Part shown: positions 23,410 to 34,090 of the stretch, piece by piece
How positions within the stretch are numbered: the stretch's first letter is position 1
How the letters are laid out: each line of letters begins with the position of its first letter
Assembly (NCBI GenBank): GCA_002269645.1
Contig: NIVC01000870.1
Location: forward strand, 246,330-310,329
DNA length: 64,000 nt
Direction: 5' to 3'
From: Macrostomum lignano
Lineage: Eukaryota
The notes under the pieces: model-generated
What the model saw: the letters and a program-made list of their open reading frames with translations, nothing else
Told to the model about the DNA's origin: nothing
Databases searched by the model: none
Made by a program: the position numbers and the translations under genes

Positions 23410-23726
23410 CAATAATAAAACTATAATTGATTACACCTGCCCTAAATGGGCAGATGTGCAACCAACAGCTCAGCCTCAGATATTGCGCGGCGCATCTGAA
23501 GGCTGCGTACGGCTGTTCAGTCCAAGGACCTGGAGGGGGGGGGGTCGCCACACACAGCCTCAATTACCCCAGCTAATGCTGGCACCCATTTTACAGCTGG
23601 GTGAACTGAAGAAACGCAGAGTTTAGTGTCTTGCTAAAGGACACAAATCGTTCCGGTGAGATCAGGAATCGAACCCCCGACCTTCAAGTCGTGAGTCCGA
23701 CGCTCCAACCACTGGCTACAGAGTGC
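23410..23726 (-). mobile_element. tRNA-derived CORE-type SINE, copy A
   Basis: Minus strand: A-box-like TAGCCAGTGG and B-box GGTTCGATTCC, then TGTGTCCTTTAGCAAGACACTAAAC...CAGCTGTAAAATGGG resembling the CORE domain, and an AT-rich tail. Confidence 0.75.
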
Positions 23727-24364
23727 AAGTAATATACAATAAATATATGCCACAGGAGACAAAGTGCAACAGAGGGTCAGTACATTGTACGTAGAAGTGT
23801 GTACGCGAGAGTGTGTTGCATCACCTTGGCAACAAAACTGAGTCTGTAAGATAGAATAGACCCCCTCGTACACACGCAGGAGCATTTTTATTGTTCTACC
23901 ATTTTGCGTCTTATAAGACAAACTCCTCAGCGCAAAATGGTAGCAGAAGAAACACAGTAGACAGCCACATCTTTGCACACGCAGCAAATCTCTGCAGAGT
24001 AGAATGAAAATATTTGAGAACAGATGCATCCAAAGTACGCAACGCGCACCGCCTTTTAACAGCTTTCATGTCTCCAGCGCACAGAGCACAGAGCTATTCG
24101 AATCTAACGGGGGTGTCGAGGAGCATAAGAGACGGACTAACAATAGAGCTCAGAGCTTTCCAGAGCTACTCAACAAGGAGGGCTGGGCTGCAAGTGCGCT
24201 TGAGCAGAAGAGCAAGAGAAAGAGATAAAAATTCTTAAATCTTCATGCTTTTTCACCTGCTAACGAAGATAGAAGTTTAGAGTAAAGACTAAAGCCCAAT
24301 ATCTGAGTAGTTGAAATCTGAGCTTAACAGAAGCTGACAGAAAACCTGCAGCTCACAGCTGAGG

Positions 24365-27300
24365 ATGCCAGAAGTTCGTCGAATGACCTTGGCCGCTCGG
24401 CCGAAAAATCAAGTGGTTGTGAGTTACTAACTGTCTAACTGTTGGATACTTTACTAAAATGCTGCATTTTAACATTGGTTAATGACATCCAAAATTTCAG
24501 TTCGGCGTGGTAGACAACACGCCCAAGCTGCAGTTGGACATGACCGACGAGAGGAGCGTAGAGAACCTATCCAGAGTGTGCCACTTTCTCATGCGAGAGG
24601 GCAAGGCGTGCTTGAGAAGCCTATTCGATTCCAAGCATCCAACGGACGAGCTAACGGAACACTTGGCCTCGCCGGACATTCACCGGACGCTGAGGCGACT
24701 TAAGATCAAAGACATGCTAACCGAAGACGACTGGCAGACGCTCTACCCGAAGGAGAAATCTTCCGTGTCCGCTGACAACTACGACCTGCGCCTGCTGCTC
24801 CTGTTAGTAAAATACACCTGCGATGTGACGAAGCCGCAGCCAAACGGCTGGATGGGAGATCCGGAACCTCGCGATGACAGCCAGGGCGCAGCGCTGCAAC
24901 GCCTACTGGGCATTCAACGCGAGCTCGCCTCGCTGCAGACCTTAAAGGCGAGCGCGGCTAACAGACTGTTTAGCCGCATTGCCGAGCAGCTCCAACGACT
25001 GGGACACTCGGGTGCAGCAGACTGCATGAACGCATACAAGCAGGACACTAGCATGGACGAGACTGAATCGCGCTTCATTCTGGACGAATTCCTCGTCTGG
25101 TACCGCCAAGAGGTCAGCCAGTTGAAGAGAGAAATCGAAAACCAAGAACGAAAGAAGAAGCGCGAGGAGATTCCTATTCTGCAGAAACGGCTCAAGACGC
25201 GCGATTTGGACACGTCGGAAATTAAAAAACGCCAGTCGGTTGTTGGAAAGGCGACGATGGACATGAGCGACAAGTCGCGCTGTCAGAGATGGGCTCATAT
25301 CAAAACTGGCATGGTATTAGCGGAGCGCCTCATTCTCGACAAGTACTACGAACAGCTGCTCAACGATGTAAAAGCGGACACAGTGGTTGAGCATCTGATG
25401 AACAAGGAGATTATTACCCAAGACGAGAGCACGGAAATATTTTCTACTCTGCGCAACAACGAGCAGATGTCGACACTGATCGACTTTCTAGTGCCAAAAT
25501 CTGGCAATGTGTTGGATGAGTTCGTTGAATCGCTGAAACCCAAGAACGAACAGGTGTACCAGCAGATGCACCAGGACTACCAGGCCGCTAAGGCCGACAT
25601 CCTTGCTAATAAACCACGTAAGTATTTATAATAATTAGTAAATCCTCTTCTAAGAGTTGATCACAGGATTTTTCTGTTTCTTCTGTTTCTTCAGAGGGTC
25701 TGCCTTACTGTAACAACATTCTTCGAGAGCGGTACTCCACCGCGTACGCCAAATGGAATCCGATTCCCTGGTACACTAAAGTTGAAACAGACATTGCCGA
25801 ATTCTACTGCCAACAGCAGCTGCTCAATTTGAATGGGTAAGTAGCAGGAAAACAGATCAAATCATTAAGCCAGACATAATTTTCAACTAAGCCACACATA
25901 ATTTTCAACTTTGATTTCTCAATTTAAAATTGCAGAAAGTCAGTCAACGCCTTCCAAGTTTTTGATTATAAGGAAGGCGAAAAAGACCCGCATACAGTAG
26001 TCATTGAGGGTGACCCCGGAACAGGGAAGAGTACGCTGGCTAAGTATATGGCCTACAAATGGTCTTTGGACGAAAACGTATTCAGACGGCCTTTCCAACT
26101 GCTAATCTTGCTTGATCTTAAAGTGACAGCGCCCACAGTGAAAGTGATGATGATGGAACAGCTTTTCGGAGGCGACTGCAAGCTGGCCGAACGCGAAATT
26201 TGGGAGGTGATGAACATGCACCAGGCGAGCACACTGCTCATCATAGATGGCTACGAAGACAATCTAAATGATGAGATGAAGAGTTTGCTATTTGAGAACA
26301 TCATGCCGGAACTGCACATTCTGGTATTTAGTCAGACTAACTTTACAGTCAGACTGATGCACCGCTACCAGCGAAAGGTAATTCTGACCGGATTCGCCAA
26401 ATCCCAGGCAGAGGAGTACGTTCAGAAGTACGTCAAACTAGCTAAGAAGCCGTGGGAACACTTTTCCTCGTTTCTAAACAAGCTAGTAGTGGCAAAAAAA
26501 TCAACTGAGCTTCAAAAGCTGCTGGATGCAGCGAAAAAGTCGCAGGAGCCGCAGAGGCGACGCGGGTCGTCAGAATCGGCGACATCTGTGACCTCGACAA
26601 AGCCCAGAGACGAGCGACCTTTGGAGAGGGAAAACACGGACAAAGTCAGCACAAAACTAAGCCGCAGCTCTAGCAAGGGTCAAGGAAACGATCAGCAGCA
26701 ACAACAGGATTCAAACGGTGAAAATTCAAATCAAAGCAAAATAGCGTCCCTGCGACATTACTCACAGGTGCCTTTGTACTGTTCGTTCTTCTGCCTGCTG
26801 ACCGACATGCGCATGAGTATCGATCTGAACTCTCCGACAACAATTGTGGAACAGTTTGTCTCCTGCATCAAGTTGAAGCTGATCGAACGCGAAAAGGAGA
26901 GTCGCTTCGAAGCGAATCGCGCCTACGCAATGCTGTCCGAACGCGCTATGGACACCATAAAGAAAGGCAGCGCAACTTTCATTTTGGCCAAGGAGGACCA
27001 CATGATGACTAAGTTCGGCCTGATTCAACTGGCTACAAACCTCACCGCAGAGGATAACCAGCGCTACATGTTTGGCAATCGTCTTATTCAAGAGTATCTC
27101 GCCGCGAAAAATCTAGACACTAGTGGAACAGATGAAGCTAGCCGCTTCTTCCAGAACATGAGTATGACTCCGATCTCCTACAATGTTGTTGTGTTCTACT
27201 GCAGCATCCGCAAGTCGGACAACGACACGCCGGCCACCCGGGAACTGTTTGCAAAGATACTGCAGTATAACAAACGGCGAGGCAAAGCGAGTCGCATGAA

Positions 27301-28474
27301 AATGCCAGCGGCTACGTCGCCAGAAGACAGTCAACTGGTCGAGGGCAAGATCATGGACTACCAGCTCAGTCTGGAATGCGTGGCGGTCATGGACATGGCC
27401 CGCAGAGATCTTGGCAAGAAAATTGTTGAATCGCTGCCAGAGCGATTCACCGTGAAGCACGAGGGCATCATTCCGAGATTGTCGCTTACAGGCCTGTCCA
27501 AGATGATCAAGTTTAACCACACGACCATCCAAGAGGTGGACTTGCGCCTAGATCTGCTAGCCAAAGAGACGCTTGAGGCATACAAAAGTCTGGCTACCGC
27601 AATGAAAACGAACGTTCACATCAAGACGCTCCGCATCTACTGGACAGAGAAGGATCTAATGGCAGACTTCCTTCAAACCGTGTGCTGTCCGGAGCCAGAG
27701 GACCCCGCCAATTCTACAGGCCAGATGGAAATCAGGCGTAAGAAGCCCGATCAGACCGGCTTTCATCTGAAGAATCTTGAGTGCATCGACGAGTCAGGAA
27801 AGAAGCTGGACCAGTTGTCGCCAAAAATGCTAAACAACATGCGCGAAGCCTGCTCGAACATGACTAAACTAGAAACGTTCGGATTTCAAAATTGTCACCA
27901 CATGTCGCTGGTTGGAAGCATAATAAAAAATTTGCCAACTAAATTTGCGGACAACCTGCGCATTCTAGACTTTTCTGGCTGCCAGATGAGCATAGTGGCA
28001 TCGCAGGATCTCAACGGAAAGCTGATGGAGAGCAAGAGTCTAGAAGGCCTGATCTTGGCTAACCTCAAGATTGATGCGATGGCCTTTAACACTTTCATCG
28101 CCGCATTCTCTAGCAATCGGACCATTGTCCTGCTGGATTTGAGCGGAATCCGCCTGGACAATGTCTGCTTCTTCTCTCTATCCGAAGCGCTGAAAATTAA
28201 TAACAAGCTTGAGAAGCTATTCTTACGCCAGGTGCCAATGGACACGAGAGCTTGCAAAGAGGTGGCTAGAATTCTAATGATTAATAAGATGCTGAAACTT
28301 CTCACGGTCACGCAGGAGGTCGTCAGCGAGGAGGGTCGCCGGGTTCTGGGCGAGGAGAGCCAGACGGAGACGCGCAAGAATCGGGCGGTCGTGGACGGCA
28401 TCGGGGTGGAGTATCGGCAGAGACCGACGAACGAGAGGGCCAATACTAAGAGAAACCCGCTGTCAGTCAAGTGA
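24365..28474 (+). CDS. NLR: DZIP3-type HEPN, coiled region, CARD-like death fold, NACHT, RI-like LRRs; copy A, about 1283 aa, 4 exons
   Basis: Exons 24365-24418, 24501-25617, 25695-25836 and 25936-28474 splice in frame (GTGAGT and GTAAGT donors). HEPN_DZIP3-like W..LYP...YDLRLL...C...P.PNGW..DP...D.S. CARD-like LDKYYEQLLNDVKADTVVEHLMNKEII. Walker A GDPGTGKS and Walker B LLIIDGYED. LxxLxL repeats (LRILDFSGCQM, IVLLDLSGIRL, LEKLFLRQV). Confidence 0.88.
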
Positions 28475-28592
28475 GGAAACCATGGCCGATGATGAAGACG
28501 CATCCTAACTATTATTATCAAATAACAGTGAATTTCAATAACTTTTTAAAAGTTGTGAATAGTTTTTGTTTAGCACTGCCCTCCTTCGTTAA

Positions 28593-29288
28593 TACGTCAT
28601 AGACTTACGACTGCGCAGTCTCGTTGTCATTGACCCGAAGGTCAGGCAGAGCGACGAGCTGACTAAGAAATTCGTTATCGCTGTCAAGTAAGCTAAAGTT
28701 CTGTTGAAACAGTAAACTTGCTCCATTTCGACATGAAGGTCCAAAAGTTTGCGAAACACCCACATTGCTACTTACCCCTAAACACCCACCTAATCTGCAC
28801 GCAGCCAACTGCAACATCTTACTGGCTGGCCGACCCTGGACAAGCCTGCACGCATGCCAGGGCACTTCGTTCAGGAGGACAGCTACAGCTGTGGCATCCT
28901 GGTGTGCCTCTTTGCGGAGAGCGTCATTTATACGAAGCACACCGTCCTGCCAGAAGTCGTTCACAACCTCCCTTACCAGAGACTGCGCATCTGGAATACC
29001 TTGGTGAAGGCCGCCATCGGCTCGAGTGGCCTGTGCTTCACCTGTGGCGAGGAGGAAGTTTTTTCGACTCGGCGGCACAGGAAGCCGGATGAATGGGTAA
29101 GAAACATTTGCACACAGCAGCAGTACACGTGTCAAAATTATCTTCCCCATGCCCCTTTATCTTCATCACAGATTGCCTGTGATTCCTGTGAAGCCTGGCA
29201 TCACCAGTTCTGCGTTGGAATCGCAAAGCTAGCACCGTCAAGGGTGTGGCACTGCCCCACTTGCCGGCTCGGAAGGCAGACAGACTGA
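28593..29288 (+). pseudogene. 5'-truncated Ulp1/SENP (C48) protease C-terminus plus PHD finger, probably transposon-derived
   Basis: In-frame exons about 28593-28687 (VIDLRLRSLVVIDP), 28805-29096 (QEDSYSCG catalytic Cys motif) and 29172-29288. The spliced PHD has a complete C4HC3 pattern (CFTC...CDSC...HQFC...CPTC). No start codon or catalytic-His exon found. Confidence 0.7.
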
Positions 29289-29614
29289 TTGACGAATGGT
29301 AATTATCATGATCTGACTAGTCTGTTTCGAGTATCAGCTTGCAGCATTTACTTGCAGCAATTTATAAGTACAACACTTCTCTATAAAATCCACTGAAGTC
29401 GTTCCATTTTTGTCTTTATTCAACCGATAATTTTACGCAAGCATTAGATACAAAAATAAGTATGTCGAAAAAAGTCATCACGATTAATTATGTTACAAAC
29501 TGTCCTGAATTTCATTAATTCAAGAATAAATTCATTTTGTTGGAGACCACTCAGTTGCGACATTGTCGTTTTTCACCGTTTATTACTGACATGCCCAGTC
29601 CTCTTATGTTTTAT

Positions 29615-29810
29615 CCACAGAACTTACACAAAATGCTCAATCAGCGTTCTCTTTTTAGAATAGAACTGAGTAGAAATAGATACGCGCTCACACTACTTTG
29701 TTGATGAAGAGGAATGAGTAGCCATATGTTAGTCTATGGCCAAAACATCGGGGTTTTCGCGAGTGTCTATGAGGCGAAGGCTTAAAGTTAGTTCTGTGTA
29801 AGTTCTGTGG
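29615..29810. mobile_element. 196-bp MITE
   Basis: Perfect 16-bp TIRs CCACAGAACTTACACA, flanked on both sides by TTTTAT. Superfamily not assigned. Confidence 0.65.
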
Positions 29811-30172
29811 TTTTATTTGCTGTTTAACGTAATGTTATCTTCATCAACTGATTGCAATCTTTTGTCGTCAATGACTATATTTTCTTAACTTGTAATAACA
29901 AATACATCGATAACGAAGGCTGAATAATTGAAAACTACGTTCGCATATAACACGAGAGATTAAGAAAAAGAACATAAATTACACGTACGAATTTTACTGG
30001 CTTAATTGAGTTTAAAGGCAATAAAAACAGGGACTCAGCATACCAATAGCATATAAAAATGATAGCGCCCTATTGTTGTCAAAATCAATTACTGACACTG
30101 CGAATGTTGCACATTACTGAAAACAATTATTGCTAGCTTCATTACAACAGTTATGTGCTTGCGACCTGCCTT

Positions 30173-31264
30173 TCACTTTGATGCCGATCTGCCGGTGGCC
30201 TTCGACTTCGATCCTGATCCGCCGGTGGCCTTCGACTTCGATCCTGATCCGCCGGTGGCCTTCGACTTCGATCCTGATCCGCCGGTGGCCTTCGACTTCG
30301 ATCCTGATCCGCCGGTGGCCTTCGACTTCGATCCTGATCTGCCGGTGGCCTTCGACTTCGATCCCGATCCAGTGTTAGCCATTGATTTGCTGACGACGAT
30401 GCTGCTTTTCTGCCATTTAGTTTTGCATGCTCTGTTTCTTATTTTCGTAGACGGAAGACGAGCAGCTTCCGAAGCTTCTCTTACGGCAGCTTCCGAAGCT
30501 TCTCTTACGGCAGCTTCCGAAGCTTCTCTTACGGCAGCTTCCGAAGCTTCTCTTACGGCAGCTTCCGAAGCCTCTCTTACCGCAGCTTCCGAAGTCTCGC
30601 TTACGGCAGCTTTCGAAGCCTCTTGAATGTCATCATGATCTTGAAACTCTAGAGAAGCGGTTTCGTCACCTGCAGACTCAACATTTTCATTGATCTCGCA
30701 GTCGTACGTGCTTTTGCGGAACTCAATTTCGGAAGCATTACCAGAATTTATACTAAATTTCGTTGCTTTAACGCACTCTGCTTGAATCTGCTTAGTGCAG
30801 GCGATTGAAGCTCGAATGAGGCCTGCCAATGCAGGAGAAGCAAACGACTCTGCTCGCGTTAAATTCTTTAACGCCTTGATGATTAGTCCGTTAGCCATAC
30901 CATCATCGTTACGCTCAATTACATCTACGCGCTTCCAATGGTGACCTTCAAGCCAGTCTCTGCCAGCCTCAACAGCACGAAGACGGTTCTAATAATCTTG
31001 TCTCGCGTCGGACGATGTCTTTTTTCGAAAAACAGCTACGCCATCTACTAATGCCAAAGAAAGGCCTCCACAACTTAGATATTTGATGTCACTCCCAGGA
31101 ACTGTTCGCAGATTGGATTCTAAAACATTAACACTCAGATAACGAGCTGCTTCGCGTACGTTGCTAACGTTGACATTTAAACCAACAACTAGATCGACAT
31201 CAGGGCAATCGCGCGGCAAGGGCCCCTGAGCTTCGAAAATGACGAACGGATCTTTGACGAACGC
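30173..31264 (-). pseudogene. Unknown 364-codon exon/ORF with one in-frame TAG and two coding tandem repeats
   Basis: The acceptor TTTATTTCAG precedes AFVKDPF...RQDY*NRLRAV...MANGLII in one frame (the 30989-31219 and 30173-30898 ORFs are the same frame). Contains 24-bp (REASEAAV) and 30-bp (GSGSKSKATG) repeats. No family recognised. Confidence 0.55.
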
Positions 31265-31394
31265 CTGAAATAAACTTTAGAGCAAATTTTACTGCACGAT
31301 ACTCACTCAGTACAAAAAAACATTGATACTATTGATACTGGTAAACAAGGCATACTTAAGGTGTTTAGGGCTAGTTCCCAGTGAGCTCCACGAA

Positions 31395-31530
31395 ACCCAC
31401 AAACCCAATGACACGCGCGAAGCGCGTGTCCTTGGGGTTGTGGGGTGAGCGGAGCGAACGCGCGAGGCACAAAGTGCCGAGCATGAGGAACAAACAGCCA
31501 GCCAATGCGCGAAGCGCATTGGGTGGTCTG
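31395..31530. other. Cluster of three hairpins at the Helentron 5' end
   Basis: GACACGCGC-GAA-GCGCGTGTC (31410-31430, extendable to about 21 bp with 2 mismatches), GGCAC-AAA-GTGCC (about 31466-31478) and CCAATGCGC-GAA-GCGCATTGG (31502-31522). Confidence 0.85.
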
Positions 31531-33659
31531 GCTTGTGACGAATATAATAATATGAGACGTGTGCATCGAAAAAATGACAAGAAAAATCTCACAAAAACTG
31601 CTGTAACTTCAAAACTACAAGTGCGAATTTCACAAGTGAGGTGTCATTTTAAAGAGAAGAATCTGATCTATTTAACGAGTATAGTTTTGTATGTATTCAC
31701 TGAGGAAAAAAGGAACAGGCTTCAGTTGAAATGTTTGTCATAAGATTATGTCTTTACAAAAGTGCATTTCCTCATGCACATTAAAGCTCGAGCTAAAAAT
31801 GTTCGAGGGTTATAAGTGCGCCTTACTAAGATGCATAACATCATTGGGTTGTTTTTTTCAATTGTAACAAAAAGTTGGCACTTTGGTTGCAAAAAATGCA
31901 AAAATTGGGAATGTACTTTTACAGTTTTTTGCATTTTTTTCTATACCGCTAATAGTTAAGCATACATACTATGCACCAATCGATGCGCAATTCAAAGATA
32001 CACAAGTGTGGAAATTTTCATTTCTTAAACATTTGAAATCAGAAAGTTATCGACGAAAGACTAAAAATCATGATCTCAAACTGCTTTGAGGAAAAGTGCT
32101 CATTATAATTTTTGGAATATGGAAGAAACAATTCAACGCCGTCATTTAATTCCAAACTAACTGTACTATAAGGTACTGCGATGATTTTTTTATTGAAAGA
32201 GCGAAACCTGTTTAAATATTTGAAAAAATGGAAAAAAGTACATTTTTTCATAGAAATACACTCTTTTGACTGCTTAATCCGATTTCCAACAACAAAATAG
32301 TTACTTTCCTGCTGATGCAAACCGTTATTAGGGTGAATTTTCAAAATTGCATACTGTGCCAAAAGTAAATTGAAGCTTAATATTTATAAACATTAGAAAC
32401 GGGACCACTAATGGGTATTTTACTTTGGTTACTTACTATTTTACTACGGACTAAACTGGCACTGGCAGAGACAGATTTGAGAGAAACTAATCGCTCCATT
32501 GTATTTGGCTCCAGCGTTACAAATTACAATAGCTATTTCGGGGTCTAACCGGCTAAGTTATCAAAAAAGCTAGATACCAATCACCAGTTTCATCATCAGC
32601 TATACCTACCACAATTTTATAGTCACATGCAACAGTAATACCCTCCTTTAAAAGTTTTCAATATCTAAAATGATGTGTTAAATTTTATCAAATTTCATAA
32701 ACAGTGAAATTTTAGCTGTTTACGTGCTGGTGGTTTGAAAGTAGCTGCTTTTGTGCTAAGATACACTGTCATTAATACCGTACCTATTATTGCATTTATT
32801 GTATTTGACCTATGAAAGTTGAAGCGTAAATTGTACTTTTCTAATTTCATTTTGTCATTTGTTTGCGCACTTGGGCCGGCCTCCCTGCCTTGTGGGGTGT
32901 GGTGGCCTTGGCCACTTTCTCCCCCTTCTGTTAGGATCCAAACACACTTGAAAGCTTGCCTCAAGTGTACATTTAATATTATCGATCGATTATTTAAAAC
33001 AAGCCTCTAGTGGTTGGTGTTGAGAGTGAGTGGCCTTGAGTGTACCCGAAAGCGAGAGGAAGCCCATTGGCGGACTATATGAACCTTCCTTTTTTGGAAA
33101 GTTGGGCCTTGTGCATTGCATAGTGTACGCTACACAAGACAGAAGGTAAAGAGAAAGAGAACGACAGGCTAGCCAATAGCGATAGCATGTGCTTCTCTCC
33201 AGTCCACTATGGTAGGGGGGGGGGAGGGGGTGTCAGACGGCCCAAGTCTAACCCCATACCCAAAACAGCGTACATGTAGAATAAGAAGGGATTGGGTCCA
33301 GATAAGTCTTCCCAATGTACATGTATGTACAAAGACAAACACTTACGAGAAAAATGGCTCTAAACCATAATTGTTACACTGTACATGTCTCTTTTTATTA
33401 ACTATTTGTCTTGTCTTTAGCAAGGATAAATTACTTTTACTTAATACCAAATGTACAATTGCATAAAAAGGAAAAGTACAATTGAACAATTGGACCCATG
33501 ATCACTTGGCCCACCCATATATCATATGTTTCCTTAAATATAAAAGGTCATGAACTCAAGGATATAGTTTATGCTTAATTTGTAATAACGCCCGTGGTTT
33601 CTGTTGGTGTGCAACTATAATGGCAATGACAGCAACCAAGTACTGTAACAATTAGTGCA

Positions 33660-34090
33660 ACTATAATGGCAACATACAGCGATACTGTAACGGCCAGTGA
33701 AACTATAATGGCAACAGATAGCGATACTGTAACGGCCAGTGAAACTATAATGGCAACAGACAGCGATACTGTAACGGCCAGTGAAACTATAATGGCAACA
33801 GACAGCGATACTGTAACGGCCAGTGAAACTATAATGGCAACAGACAGCGATACTGTAACGGCCAGTGAAACTATAATGGCAACAGACAGCGATACTGTAA
33901 CGGCCAGTGAAACTATAATGGCAACAGACAGCGATACTGTAACGGCCAGTGAAACTATAATGGCAACAGACAGCGATACTGTAACGGCCAGTGAAACTAT
34001 AATGGCAACAGACAGCGATACTGTAACGGCCAGTGAAACTATAATGGCAACAGACAGCGATACTGTAACGGCCAGTGAAACTATAAAGGC
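33660..34090 (+). repeat. 42-bp tandem repeat (ATDSDTVTASETIM) x10 at the RepHel ORF start
   Basis: Seen directly. Confidence 0.95.

Larger units (their letters stand above)
120..26581 (+). other. Segmental duplication, copy A (paralogous to 44420-64000)
   Basis: Same gene order and near-identical sequence: BIR ATG 10036 vs 47709, UBM-gene ATG 14118 vs 50958, NLR ATG 24365 vs 61811. The window end GTCAGAATCGGCG matches A at about 26581. The upstream AT-rich flank aligns more loosely (A 380-740 vs B 44620-45230; A 8150-9600 vs B 45260-47260). The left boundary is approximate and the true right boundary is beyond what B lets me test. Confidence 0.95.

Noticed and set aside
23640-23726. Possible tRNA gene
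   Set aside because: A and B boxes are present, but there is no convincing acceptor stem or T-run terminator, and it continues into a CORE-like body and tail, so it is a SINE.
28465-28700. NLR spliced to Ulp1-PHD as an integrated domain via the AA|GTGAGG donor overlapping the stop codon
   Set aside because: The phase-2 donor joined to either nearby acceptor (after 28573 or 28602) hits a stop within about 10 codons and does not enter the Ulp1 frame.
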